Shown piece by piece: positions 1 through 9,860 of a DNA stretch of 64,000 bases. The stretch comes from an uncultured bacterium (GTDB lineage: Bacteria; Vulcanimicrobiota; Xenobia; Xenobiales; Xenobiaceae): positions 6,313 to 70,312 of the forward strand of contig CAKUBG010000011.1 in the NCBI GenBank assembly GCA_934636825.1, read 5' to 3'. A program made the position numbers and the translations under genes. The notes beneath the pieces were generated by a model. It worked only from the letters and a program-made list of their open reading frames with translations. It was not told the DNA's origin and ran no database searches. Numbering within the stretch: position 1 is the stretch's first letter; each line of letters opens with the position of its first letter.

Positions 1-2514
1 CTCGAAAGCATGTTGACCAAGTTCCGCAAAGCTTATGTTTCGGCTTGGGCTTCCGACGTAGATGTGCTGGGCAACAGCTTTAATAGCCAAAATTTCAATA
101 TTGATCCTTCCCATCGCTTTGAGGCAGGTTTTGAGTTAGCTGTGCCTTTTACCAGTAAAGTAGACGATCTTCTGGCAGCTTTGCCAACTTGGCAAAAAGA
201 AAAACGGCGCACAGTATTGCTCACTTCCCAATTTATGCGCCTTAAAGAATTGCTGGAAGAACATGACGTGGCCGGTTTTACTATCAAGCCTTGTCTTTTG
301 AAACCAGGTCAAGTTTTGCTTTTGCAAGGTTATGCCAATGAAGGATTCCGCGTGCAACTTGATGACGGTTGGTTGGAATTTTTAACTGACAAGGAAATTA
401 TGGGGCAACGTTTGCGTCGCCGTTTGAATAAACCGGCTGATAAAAGCGGCAGTGCCCTACGCTTAGAAGAAATAGCTCCCGGCGATTTGGTAGTCCATTT
501 ACAGCATGGTATCGCTCGCTATATTGGCATACAAACTCTTTCTCTCAACAATGTCGAGCACGATATGCTCAAACTTGAATATGCCAAGGGAGATTGCGTC
601 TTTGTACCTGTCGATCAGCTCGACTTAGTACAAAAATATGAAGGCATCGATGGCAAAGAACCAGCTTTGTCTAAAATGAATGGTGCAGATTGGCGCAAAA
701 CAAAAGCTAAAATAAGAGCTTACGCAGCCGAAGCAGCCCAAAAATTATTGCAAATTTATGCTCAAAGAGCTAAAGCGCAAGGTTTTGCCTATCCTTCAGA
801 TACTCCCTGGCAGCACGAAATGGAAGATGCCTTCCCCTATCAGGAAACGCCAGACCAGCTTAGAGCAATACGCGAAGTAAAAGCCGACTTGGAAAGCCCT
901 CGTCCTATGGATCGCCTTATTTGCGGAGACGTAGGCTATGGAAAAACCGAAGTTGCCTTGCGAGCGGCTTTTAAAGTAGTTAATCATGGTAAGCAAGTAG
1001 CTGTTTTGGTACCTACTACAGTTTTAGCTCATCAGCACTTTATGACTTTTACAGAACGCTTAGCTCCTTACCCAATTCATATTAGCTTGCTTTCACGCTT
1101 TAAAACTGCTGCCGAACAAAAACAAACTGTCGAAGCTTTAGCTGAAGGTAAGTGCGATATAGTTATCGGCACCCATCGCTTACTCTCCCAAGATATTAAA
1201 TTTAAAAATCTGGGACTACTGATTATCGACGAAGAGCAGCGCTTTGGCGTGATGCATAAAACCAAGCTTTCCGAATTGAAAGCCGGTATAGATATTATGT
1301 CTATGAGTGCTACGCCTATCCCCCGCACTTTGCAAATGTCTTTCTATGGCATTAGAGAAATGTCAGTTATCGAAACTCCGCCAGAAAATCGTTTGCCTAT
1401 CAAAACTTATCTTTTCGAGCACAATGCCGAATTGATAAAAGCAGCCATCGTACGCGAGTTAAGCCGCCATGGACAAGTATATTTCTTGCACAATCGCGTG
1501 CAAAGTATCGCCAGAGTTGCTGCCGATTTACAAAGGCTCATTCCCCAAGCCCGCATTGCTGTTGGTCACGGCCAAATGGGCGAACAAAAACTAGAAAAAG
1601 TCATGATGGAGTTTTACGAAGGTCAATACGACGTATTAGTTTGCTCAACTATTATTGAGAGCGGCCTAGATGTGCCTAATGTAAATACGATTATTATCGA
1701 CAATGCCCACGCTTTGGGACTGGCTCAACTTTACCAATTGCGTGGCCGCGTAGGACGCAGCGCCAAACAAGGTTATTGCTATTTGCTCTACCCACCAAGC
1801 CGCAAACTTACCGAACAAGCCAAAAAGCGTTTGGAAACTATCCGCGACTTTACCCAACTGGGAGCCGGCTTCCAAGTAGCCAAACGCGATCTGGAAATTC
1901 GCGGTGCAGGCAATATTTTAGGCGCTGAACAATCCGGCCATGTAGCGGCTGTAGGTTTTAGTTTATACTGCCGTATGCTCGGAGACGCTGTAAAAGCGCT
2001 GCGCGATCATAAAGATCCTGAGCAAGAAGCAGCCGGTAATGAGCAAAATGTAGTTATCGATTTGCCGATTTCTACAGGCTTGCCTGATGATTATATTGGC
2101 GATCAGCAACAAAAAGTTGTCCTTTATAAGCGTATAGCTTCAGTAGAAAATAATGAAGAGTTGCAAGATATACGCGAAGAATTGCGCGACCGCTATGGAA
2201 AATTGCCCGAGCTTACCGAGCATTTGCTCAGTTTAGTGCGCATAAAACTAAAGTGTCGAGCTATGCTCATACCTTCAATTAGAGTAAAAGGCGACGTTAT
2301 GTGGTTCGTAGCTCCTTTTATGCGTCAACTGACTCCACGCGAACTGGGCAAATTATCCAACTTGGTAGGTTGGAAAGCTAGTCAAGATCAAATGGCTTTA
2401 CAATTGGATGCTATTTGCGGTCGCGCTGCGGGTAATTTAGATTATCCCAAACCACAAATTTTAATTACCAAAATAGAACAAGTGCTCGCCTATTTAGACG
2501 CTCTGTCTAAATAA
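1..2514 (+). CDS. mfd: Transcription-repair coupling factor Mfd (5'-truncated by window edge)
   Basis: The frame is open from nt 1, so the true start lies upstream. CarD/TRCF-like segment GDLVVHLQHGIARY. SF2 helicase motifs GDVGYGKTEV, IIDEEQRFG, SATPIPRT, QLRGRVGRS. 834 aa are visible versus roughly 1150 aa typical for Mfd. Confidence 0.9.
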   Translation, partial: LESMLTKFRKAYVSAWASDVDVLGNSFNSQNFNIDPSHRFEAGFELAVPFTSKVDDLLAALPTWQKEKRRTVLLTSQFMRLKELLEEHDVAGFTIKPCLLKPGQVLLLQGYANEGFRVQLDDGWLEFLTDKEIMGQRLRRRLNKPADKSGSALRLEEIAPGDLVVHLQHGIARYIGIQTLSLNNVEHDMLKLEYAKGDCVFVPVDQLDLVQKYEGIDGKEPALSKMNGADWRKTKAKIRAYAAEAAQKLLQIYAQRAKAQGFAYPSDTPWQHEMEDAFPYQETPDQLRAIREVKADLESPRPMDRLICGDVGYGKTEVALRAAFKVVNHGKQVAVLVPTTVLAHQHFMTFTERLAPYPIHISLLSRFKTAAEQKQTVEALAEGKCDIVIGTHRLLSQDIKFKNLGLLIIDEEQRFGVMHKTKLSELKAGIDIMSMSATPIPRTLQMSFYGIREMSVIETPPENRLPIKTYLFEHNAELIKAAIVRELSRHGQVYFLHNRVQSIARVAADLQRLIPQARIAVGHGQMGEQKLEKVMMEFYEGQYDVLVCSTIIESGLDVPNVNTIIIDNAHALGLAQLYQLRGRVGRSAKQGYCYLLYPPSRKLTEQAKKRLETIRDFTQLGAGFQVAKRDLEIRGAGNILGAEQSGHVAAVGFSLYCRMLGDAVKALRDHKDPEQEAAGNEQNVVIDLPISTGLPDDYIGDQQQKVVLYKRIASVENNEELQDIREELRDRYGKLPELTEHLLSLVRIKLKCRAMLIPSIRVKGDVMWFVAPFMRQLTPRELGKLSNLVGWKASQDQMALQLDAICGRAAGNLDYPKPQILITKIEQVLAYLDALSK

Positions 2515-2523
2515 AAAAAGAAT

Positions 2524-2560
2524 GTCCGCCCAATTTTCGCTTATCGAAAAAAGGGCGGAC
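2524..2560. terminator. Intrinsic terminator hairpin between convergent mfd and phosphoesterase genes
   Basis: 8-bp GC-rich arms gtccgccc (2524-2531) and gggcggac (2553-2560). On the minus strand a T-run follows (complement of aaaaagaat at 2515-2523). Confidence 0.6.
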
Positions 2561-2607
2561 ACTCTTAAGAAATCCATAATGCTGAATTGCCTTAATTTAT
2601 TTCCAAA

Positions 2608-3825
2608 CTAAGCAGCTTCAGCCTCTTCTTCAGCTTCGGCAGAATCGTCAATAGCTGGATCGCAGCCTTCTAACCCAGTATTGACAAACACTTCTTCAAC
2701 TAATTCCCGGCGCAACTTTTGATCGGAAGTAAGTTTAGACCAGTTGTCTTCACAAGAATAGAAATCGCGCAAATAATATTTATAAGCTTCATCATCTTCA
2801 GCAATTTGCTGGCGGAAATCGATCCAAGTTTGAGGCAAAGTGGGCCCTTCAATAGCCTCTGTACGACAGCCTTTTCCTGGATCGACATAATTTAAATCCC
2901 AACTCAAATTTTCAACTACACCAGTTTTTTTATTAAATTCCCAAGTAGTACGGCGATAGTTGGCATAATATCCATACTTTTGAGCTATTGAGCCAACAAT
3001 AATTATAGGCACAGTTTCGGTATCGCTTATACAAAGAGTGTGCAATTCATTGCGATGAGTGTGGCCGGAAGTAACTATTACATGGCAATTTACATTGGAA
3101 AGAATTTTATGAAAAGTTTTTAACGATTCATCATCCCACATGGATTTGTGGTTGTAAGCATCAGTGCAAGGAGGCACGTGACAAACGATAGCAGCTGTAG
3201 AATTTTCCGGCACTGCCGACAGAGCAGCAGCCAACCAGCTTAAAGTACGCTCGCGCTGACTCTTAAGTTCGGCGGGAGGGCACGAATTTATAGAAGAAAA
3301 AATAAGTGAATTGAGACTAATCCAAGTGACATTTCCCATACGTTCGGGATAAACACCGTTGCCCAATTCGTCTAAATAATATTTATCTCCCATAGCTTTA
3401 CGCCATAAATCCATAGTAGGGCGCATATTTTCCGGATCGGTACTGTAATTTATATAAAAATCGTTATTGCCATAAGCTACCAATACAGGTTTGCCTTCTT
3501 TAACTAAAGGCTCTAAATAAGAAGAACAAAAGTCAGCTACCCTTTTATTGAATTGCAAATTGTCCAATTTTTTATTATCGACTAAGTCGCCGCTTAAAAT
3601 GTAAAAAGAAGCTAAATCATCACGACGACCGGCAGCAAAAGCCTCGTCCCAAACGGAGCGGGGCGTGTGACTGTCTCCCAGATGGATATCCGACCAATGG
3701 ATAAAAGATACACTTTGAGTTTCTGGAATATCGGCTTTTTCGGCAACAGGCTTGGCGTAAGCATTAGCCACAAAAAGCAAAAGCAAAATAGTTAGCAAAC
3801 TTAATACTTTTTTGCTGGAACGCAT
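2608..3825 (-). CDS. Secreted calcineurin-like metallophosphoesterase
   Basis: N-terminal signal peptide MRSSKKVLSLLTILLLLFVANAYA. Ordered phosphoesterase motifs IHWSDIHLGD, SGDLVDN, GNNDF, HVPP, SGHTHRN. Confidence 0.75.
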   Translation of the reverse strand: MRSSKKVLSLLTILLLLFVANAYAKPVAEKADIPETQSVSFIHWSDIHLGDSHTPRSVWDEAFAAGRRDDLASFYILSGDLVDNKKLDNLQFNKRVADFCSSYLEPLVKEGKPVLVAYGNNDFYINYSTDPENMRPTMDLWRKAMGDKYYLDELGNGVYPERMGNVTWISLNSLIFSSINSCPPAELKSQRERTLSWLAAALSAVPENSTAAIVCHVPPCTDAYNHKSMWDDESLKTFHKILSNVNCHVIVTSGHTHRNELHTLCISDTETVPIIIVGSIAQKYGYYANYRRTTWEFNKKTGVVENLSWDLNYVDPGKGCRTEAIEGPTLPQTWIDFRQQIAEDDEAYKYYLRDFYSCEDNWSKLTSDQKLRRELVEEVFVNTGLEGCDPAIDDSAEAEEEAEAA

Positions 3826-3944
3826 ATTGGTAGTTGGCCTTTCACAAAAATTTTTAACTGCAATATTTTAGCAAGTCTTTTGACAACCTTTGTGAAAACC
3901 GAAAAATAAAGTATTCTGCCTATCTTGCGCAAAAAAATAAGTCT

Positions 3945-4676
3945 TTGTATAATTGCGGTGTTTTGAATATTTACGCATTAAGTGATTTACATTTATCTTT
4001 CGGCAATGATAAAGCCATGGACATTTTTGGCGAAAAGTGGCGTTGCCACTGGCAAAAAATTGCCGACAACTGGAACACCCTGGTAAAACAAGACGATATT
4101 GTTTTGGTAGCCGGCGATATTTCTTGGGCTATGCGCCCTCCTGAAGCACAACAAGACCTACATTGGCTTACCGGTTTAAGTGGCAAAAAAGTGCTCATTC
4201 GAGGCAATCACGATTATTGGTGGCAAAGTATTAGCCGTTTGCGCGATACTTACCCTGAGCTTATTTTTGTCCAAAACGATTCTGTCAATATCGATGGGGT
4301 CAGCATTTGCGGTTCACGTGGTTGGGCTTTACCAACTTCTCCAGAATACGACGCCCAAGACGAAAAAATTTTTCAGCGTGAGTTGGCCCGATTGGAGCTT
4401 GGCTTAAAAAGCTTAGATCCACAAGCCAATTTACGCTTAGCTATGATGCACTATCCTCCGCAAGCAGGCGCTATGCAAGTTAGCCAGTTTAGCGCTTTGC
4501 TAGAAAAATACAAAGTAGACGCTTGTGTTTTCGGTCATATCCATAATTATACCAAACCAGGTTTGAGTTACAGTCAAAATGGAGTAAATTATTACTTAAC
4601 TTCAGCCGACTATTTAGACTTTAAACCAGCTCTAATTTGGAATGGCCAAGAGTTAACTCCGCCTGAACTATTTTAG
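3945..4676 (+). CDS. Cytoplasmic metallophosphoesterase (Ser/Thr phosphatase-fold family)
   Basis: Motifs ALSDLHLSFG, AGDISWA, RGNHDYWW, MHYPP, FGHIH. The start is uncertain: the ORF-track start is TTG and a downstream TTG is also possible. Confidence 0.75.
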   Translation: MYNCGVLNIYALSDLHLSFGNDKAMDIFGEKWRCHWQKIADNWNTLVKQDDIVLVAGDISWAMRPPEAQQDLHWLTGLSGKKVLIRGNHDYWWQSISRLRDTYPELIFVQNDSVNIDGVSICGSRGWALPTSPEYDAQDEKIFQRELARLELGLKSLDPQANLRLAMMHYPPQAGAMQVSQFSALLEKYKVDACVFGHIHNYTKPGLSYSQNGVNYYLTSADYLDFKPALIWNGQELTPPELF

Positions 4677-4704
4677 AAAAAAACTATTTACTTTGCAAAA
4701 CAAC

Positions 4705-4748
4705 CCGGCGCACTTACTGTTAAACTTGAGAGCGCCGGTTTTTTTGTT
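4705..4748 (+). terminator. Rho-independent terminator after the phosphoesterase gene
   Basis: Arms ccggcgc (4705-4711) and gcgccgg (4732-4738), followed by tttttttgttttt. Confidence 0.7.
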
Positions 4749-4840
4749 TTTAGGTGAATCGACTCGACAAGGGGAAAAATAGCTCTTAGCCAAAGATCTA
4801 CGTGAGGTTTTTCCTTACCTTTTTAAGGGGGTTTTGTCTT

Positions 4841-5554
4841 ATGTCTTTAAAAAAAATTGCTTGCAAGAGTGCCGCTTGTTTAGGGATTTTAGTTGCAAGT
4901 TTGTGTTTTATCAGCCAAGCTCAAGCCGACCAAGAGCCTCCCTACAAAGTCGGCCAAATAGTGCAAACTATACGCGCCGATCTTGATGGCGACAAGTATT
5001 GCGAAGCTATCAGTCTGAAAGTATTTAAAATCGATCAGGATAATAACGCTTTTGCTAAATTAGTAATAACCGATCGCCATGGAAAAGTGCTGGGCAGAAG
5101 TCCGGAGATAGCTTCTTACAAAGATGCTCGCGCTATGGGATGTTTTGTATGGGCAAGCTCCAAATTAGAAACAGCCGGACAGATAAAAGGTGATAAGCCT
5201 CAAATATTTGTTTCTGTACCACGCACAGATGTTCGTCCAACTGTCTTTGCTATCTGGACTTGGGATAAAGACAAACGCACTCTTACTTATGAATCCAGTC
5301 AATGTTTAATGGGCAAAGACTCCAACAATACGTTCTATTGGAGTAAATTACCTCAGGATTACGGCCCTCGCGCCCGTTGGATCGAAACTTTATCTAATCC
5401 TAGCGGTCAACTTAAACCAAAAGTTATTGTGGGTAAGGTTTTTGAATATAACGAAAATGCCAACCAATGTAAATTTGGCCGCGCTGAGTTTACTATCGAA
5501 AATAAAACTCTAAAACTTAGCCAATGGCTTCCCAACGAAAGTGTCGAAAAGTAA
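4841..5554 (+). CDS. Secreted hypothetical protein
   Basis: ATG at 4841 gives the signal peptide MSLKKIACKSAACLGILVASLCFISQAQA. The upstream GTG extension adds no recognisable sequence. No recognisable catalytic motif. Confidence 0.5.
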   Translation: MSLKKIACKSAACLGILVASLCFISQAQADQEPPYKVGQIVQTIRADLDGDKYCEAISLKVFKIDQDNNAFAKLVITDRHGKVLGRSPEIASYKDARAMGCFVWASSKLETAGQIKGDKPQIFVSVPRTDVRPTVFAIWTWDKDKRTLTYESSQCLMGKDSNNTFYWSKLPQDYGPRARWIETLSNPSGQLKPKVIVGKVFEYNENANQCKFGRAEFTIENKTLKLSQWLPNESVEK

Positions 5555-5566
5555 AAAAACACAACT

Positions 5567-6769
5567 ATGCCACATACAGAGCGCCTTCCTTTAATATTTG
5601 ACCATCATAATCACTTAAGCTTCAGCGCTATGCTTAGTTGCTTTCCTTATGTCGGTCAATACACTTCAAAAGAAGATATGTTGGCTTATCTGCGCTCTTG
5701 TGCCGATCCAGGTAGTGCTTTAACTGTAGTTGTCGGCTTGCGCAATGAGGCTATAAAACTTACCGAAGCCGATTTGCGCTCTTTTCCGCCGATAGTTTTT
5801 CTCAACAATTGTTTGCACGGCTACACTTGCAATGCTAAGGCCGCCGGCATACTCAGAGAAGCCCATATAGAGCCCTACCCAAGCACCGCTAGACAAGCCG
5901 AAAAGGAAATGGCCAAACTATTTTTCTTTTTCTCGGAAAGTCCAGCTCTAGACACGGGTGCCGAGCGTCTAGTTTCGGCCTTTCAGCGGTGCATAAGTGA
6001 TTGGCGCAGCGCCGGACTTTATGGCGCAGAAGATATGATGTATACGCTTCCCTATGCTTGCGACGATAAGCTTAGCTTAAGCTTTAAAGTAAAAACTCGG
6101 CGGCCTTGGCGTGAAAGCGACAGCCAAAGCGATAAAAGGATACGTCTTAAGCTCTTTGCCGACGGTGCTTTAGGAGCTGGCACCGCTGCTATAAGCGAAG
6201 GCTACATTCAAGGTGGCCATCCAGTTCTGATTTACGAAGATAGCGAGCTGGCTAGCATTTTGCAAAGGTGTATAGCTCTGGAGGCAGATACTGCCATACA
6301 TACTATAGGAGACGAAGCTATTGCTCAGGTGCTGCGCGTTTTGCGAACTTATTGTTCTAAGCCGACGGGCTGTCGCTTTAAATTGCGCTTGGAACATTGC
6401 CAATTTATCACTTTAGCCCAAGCTCAAGAGTGCAAACAATTAGGAATAACGCTTTGTATTCAACCTAATTTCAGCGGCGATTCGTTATTCTATGCTGGTA
6501 AACTCAGTTCAGTTTTGTGCCGACGCAACAACCCACTGCGTATGCTTATCGATCAAGTGGGCTTTTTGCCGGGAAAAGACTTGCTTTGGGGGTCAGACGG
6601 TATGCCTTCTGGATTGGCTCCGGCTTTACAAAGCGCCCTCTTCCCTCCTTTTCCGGAGCAAGCTCTCACTATAGAGGAAGTACTAGCCGGTTATAGCGCC
6701 GATCAGAGCTTTGGTTATCAAGAATACATTATCGACGAAAAATGCCAAAGCGTATCGGTTAAGCAGTGA
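5567..6769 (+). CDS. Amidohydrolase-superfamily metal-dependent hydrolase (YtcJ-like)
   Basis: N-terminal DHHNH metal-binding motif, HTIGDEA, RLEHCQ, GSDG; TIM-barrel amidohydrolase pattern. Confidence 0.6.
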   Translation: MPHTERLPLIFDHHNHLSFSAMLSCFPYVGQYTSKEDMLAYLRSCADPGSALTVVVGLRNEAIKLTEADLRSFPPIVFLNNCLHGYTCNAKAAGILREAHIEPYPSTARQAEKEMAKLFFFFSESPALDTGAERLVSAFQRCISDWRSAGLYGAEDMMYTLPYACDDKLSLSFKVKTRRPWRESDSQSDKRIRLKLFADGALGAGTAAISEGYIQGGHPVLIYEDSELASILQRCIALEADTAIHTIGDEAIAQVLRVLRTYCSKPTGCRFKLRLEHCQFITLAQAQECKQLGITLCIQPNFSGDSLFYAGKLSSVLCRRNNPLRMLIDQVGFLPGKDLLWGSDGMPSGLAPALQSALFPPFPEQALTIEEVLAGYSADQSFGYQEYIIDEKCQSVSVKQ

Positions 6770-6863
6770 AAGCTTATTTTAGCTCGAAAGACCGTTCGTC
6801 GCTTTTCTGCAGGTTTTGCAAGGGGCGGCGAGAATTGAGCGGCCTTCTTGGAGATGATTTGCA

Positions 6864-7397
6864 ATGATTAATAACACAGAAATTCTTTATGCAGGCAAAT
6901 TCATAAATTTAGTGCGCGAAGGACGCTGGGAATATGCCCAGCGTAGCAAAAATGTTACCGGCATTGTAGCTATAGTAGCCTGTACTCCCAATGGAGAAGT
7001 GGTACTGGTAGAACAAGAACGTATTCCCTGTCACGGAAGAGTTATTGAATTTCCGGCCGGCTTAGTGGGAGACAAGGCCGGTTGCCATTCCGAAAGTTTG
7101 GAAGAAGCGGCCCAACGCGAACTGGAAGAAGAAACCGGCTATCGAGCCGAAAAGATGGTTTACTTGACTGAGGGTCCGGCTTCAGCTGGCATTACTTCAG
7201 AAATTATCACTTTTTATTTAGCTCAAAATATCAAGAAAGTTGGCCCTGGCGGTGGCGACAGTAGCGAAAAGATCCAAGTGCATTTAGTGCCTCTGGACGA
7301 CGTCGAAGAATGGCTTAAAGTAAAAATGGCTGCCGGTATCCAAGTCGATCTCAAAGTTTTTACAGGTCTGTATTTCTTGTTAAACAAAAAAGCATAA
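6864..7397 (+). CDS. NUDIX hydrolase (ADP-ribose pyrophosphatase-like)
   Basis: Nudix box GLVGDKAGCHSESLEEAAQRELEEETGY matches GX5EX7REUXEEXGU. Confidence 0.8.
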   Translation: MINNTEILYAGKFINLVREGRWEYAQRSKNVTGIVAIVACTPNGEVVLVEQERIPCHGRVIEFPAGLVGDKAGCHSESLEEAAQRELEEETGYRAEKMVYLTEGPASAGITSEIITFYLAQNIKKVGPGGGDSSEKIQVHLVPLDDVEEWLKVKMAAGIQVDLKVFTGLYFLLNKKA

Positions 7398-7430
7398 CTG
7401 AACTTTAGCGGACAGCTTTTACATTATATT

Positions 7431-9206
7431 ATGACTACTTGTCAATCGGCGCAGAGTAAGAAGAGCTTCGCTTGGGGAGTTTTTCCCATAGCATTAGCGG
7501 TTATCGGCTTTGCGCTGCTTCTTTTAATATCACTTTATATTTATAAATCAGGTCATTTTCAAATTGACAGCGTCACTATAGGCGATTTGAATTTGGCCAC
7601 ACAAGCTCCCAAAGTGGGTATGAAATTGGCTGTAGCCGATTCAGCTCCCGAGCTTTGTATCAATTACTCCGGCCTACCTCCTGCCCCCATACAAATTACC
7701 GTAGACGGACAAGAACTCAAAGTCGGCAACGATTGGCTGTTGGGACGAGCTTCGGCTAAGCCAAGTGCTTTAGCTGATGGAGAACATGTTTTCGCCATAA
7801 AATCGGGGCAATTTGACGAACGCTGGCTAGTAGTTATAGATACAATACCTCCCAAAGTGAGTATTTCTCACCCTATAGCCGGTTATAAATCGAATAAAAA
7901 TAAAATCACTTTACAAGGCACTGCCGATCAGCCGGGTGCAGTCGTTACAGCCTCCATAGGTGAACATTCTGTAACCACTCAAGCCAACGAAAAAGGATTT
8001 TTCTGCTTAACTTTAGCTACAAAACGCGGCGTTTGTACCATTAATTGGAATGTTCATGATGAAGCTGGCAACTCAGTTTCCGGCCAACGCAAATTTATTT
8101 GCGACTTTGAGCCTCCTCACGTAGAGCCAGTTATAGAGCAAGCTCCAGTAACTGCAGCTAGTGGTAAGAGTTACGGTCGCATAGATGTTGGTCCCAAAGA
8201 TCCTTACACCATTTTCATAAGCAAAGATCTTACTCTGGATGTAAAAGCTACCGATGCTGATTCTGGAGTGGCCAAATTAGATATTTATGTAGATGGTGAT
8301 TTGCGCCAAAGCGTCAACAATACAGAATTTACTGTAATTAAAGTAGAAGCCGACGGTCAAATGAGCAAAGAAGTGGTCTCGGCTCAGCCTAAGGAAAGTG
8401 ACTCCGATTCGGAAGCGCCTTCCCAGGCTGTTTCTGCCCCCAAAACGCTCAACTACCGTTACAAATTACCTACGCTTTACGAAGGTACTCATTTAGCTGA
8501 AGTAATCGTTTATGACAATTTTGGCTTATCGACTAAACGCGGTATAACCTTCGGATTGAATACTACCGAAAAGTACGGGCAAGCTCCTTTGGGTTTAGGA
8601 GCCGTGGGCGACGATGTTGCGGAGTTGCAACGTCGTTTAGCTTTGCGAGGCTACTTACAAGAAGGCTACGTAAAAGGTAAGTTTGACAAAAAAACCCAAG
8701 AAGCGGTCATGCACTTGCAAGCTGAGGCCAATTTAGGCCAGGATGGTATAGCAGGTGTTTTGGTGACTAGCGCTCTAAGCACCCGTTTATATGTAAACTT
8801 ATCCCAATATTCTCTGGTACTAGTAGACGAAGCAAATAACGCTCGTTACTACCAAATAGCTATAGGAGTTGACGAGCACCCTACTCCTCTGGGAGCCTAC
8901 TTTATTTCCGATATGGCTAAAGATCCCACTTGGTTACCTCCCAATTCCGAATGGGCTAAGGATGCCAAGCAAATTCCTCCTGGCCCTAACAACCCATTGG
9001 GTACGCGTTGGATTGGCTTTGGCGACTCTGTCGGCTTCCACGGTACTCCTTATCCTGATACTGTCGGTACTAAGGCTTCTCACGGTTGTATGCGCATGAC
9101 GATTCCTGATATTGAAGATCTTTATGAGCGTGTCAATGTCGGCACCCAAGTGTGCATATTTAAAGGTGATGAAGATGATCCTATTATCAAACGCTACTGG
9201 CCCTAA
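7431..9206 (+). CDS. Membrane-anchored L,D-transpeptidase (YkuD domain) with peptidoglycan-binding domain and Ig-like repeats
   Basis: N-terminal TM helix. PG-binding-1-like segment GDDVAELQRRLALRGYL...GKFDKKTQEAVMHLQAEANLGQDGIAG. YkuD catalytic motif HGTPYPDTVGTKASHGCMRM. Confidence 0.8.
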   Translation: MTTCQSAQSKKSFAWGVFPIALAVIGFALLLLISLYIYKSGHFQIDSVTIGDLNLATQAPKVGMKLAVADSAPELCINYSGLPPAPIQITVDGQELKVGNDWLLGRASAKPSALADGEHVFAIKSGQFDERWLVVIDTIPPKVSISHPIAGYKSNKNKITLQGTADQPGAVVTASIGEHSVTTQANEKGFFCLTLATKRGVCTINWNVHDEAGNSVSGQRKFICDFEPPHVEPVIEQAPVTAASGKSYGRIDVGPKDPYTIFISKDLTLDVKATDADSGVAKLDIYVDGDLRQSVNNTEFTVIKVEADGQMSKEVVSAQPKESDSDSEAPSQAVSAPKTLNYRYKLPTLYEGTHLAEVIVYDNFGLSTKRGITFGLNTTEKYGQAPLGLGAVGDDVAELQRRLALRGYLQEGYVKGKFDKKTQEAVMHLQAEANLGQDGIAGVLVTSALSTRLYVNLSQYSLVLVDEANNARYYQIAIGVDEHPTPLGAYFISDMAKDPTWLPPNSEWAKDAKQIPPGPNNPLGTRWIGFGDSVGFHGTPYPDTVGTKASHGCMRMTIPDIEDLYERVNVGTQVCIFKGDEDDPIIKRYWP

Positions 9207-9247
9207 ACGATAGAAAACTAATCTATACTAACGTTACACACAAAAAA

Positions 9248-9292
9248 ATAGCGGGTAAGTGAAAGAAAATTTCGCTTACCCGCTATTTTTTA
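9248..9292. terminator. Bidirectional intrinsic terminator
   Basis: Arms agcgggtaag (9250-9259) and cttacccgct (9275-9284), flanked by an A-run upstream and ttttttat downstream. It lies between convergent genes. Confidence 0.65.
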
Positions 9293-9303
9293 TAATTTGC
9301 AAA

Positions 9304-9744
9304 CTAGAAAATCAGAGGGCCAAAAAAAGTGAAGAAAAAGCCTGAAGGCCTGCGTCCAGGCTCATATGTTCCAGCGGAAATTTTATTTCTGCTAGAAGCA
9401 GCTTCGTTATCAGGCATTCCTTTAACTACATAGGCCACTTCGCCTTTGCTTACCATGCCCAACTTTTCTCTGGCCGCATCTTTTACTCCGTCGGCTTGTT
9501 GCAAACGGGTCTTCTTTTTCTCCAAGATGTCGACTTCAGCTTGAACTTGAGCAACATCGCGCTCACATTCTTCCAATTGAGCCAACTTAGTACGATACTC
9601 TTGGCGTTGTTCGGAAATAATCACACACCCATAGTAGACGCCTACAATAAGCAAGACCAACAACACTGCGCCAAACGCACCATTTATAAAAAGAGAAGAC
9701 CTTAAAAAACGTCTAAGTTTCGTTATCAAAACCGCCCCAGCCAT
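9304..9744 (-). CDS. Septum-formation initiator family protein (FtsB/DivIC-like)
   Basis: ATG at 9744 (MAGAVLITK...). Single TM, then a coiled coil and the family-typical ending AREKLGMVSKGEVAYVV. Confidence 0.5.
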   Translation of the reverse strand: MAGAVLITKLRRFLRSSLFINGAFGAVLLVLLIVGVYYGCVIISEQRQEYRTKLAQLEECERDVAQVQAEVDILEKKKTRLQQADGVKDAAREKLGMVSKGEVAYVVKGMPDNEAASSRNKISAGTYEPGRRPSGFFFTFFGPLIF

Positions 9745-9860
9745 TTTGTCGGAAGAAAATACCCCCACCCCCAACAAAAAGAAACCGCAGGAATATTCTA
9801 GCTTGCTTTGAACGTTTTCCTGCTTTTTCAGCTAGGCCTTAAAAAATTGGCCCAAAAAAA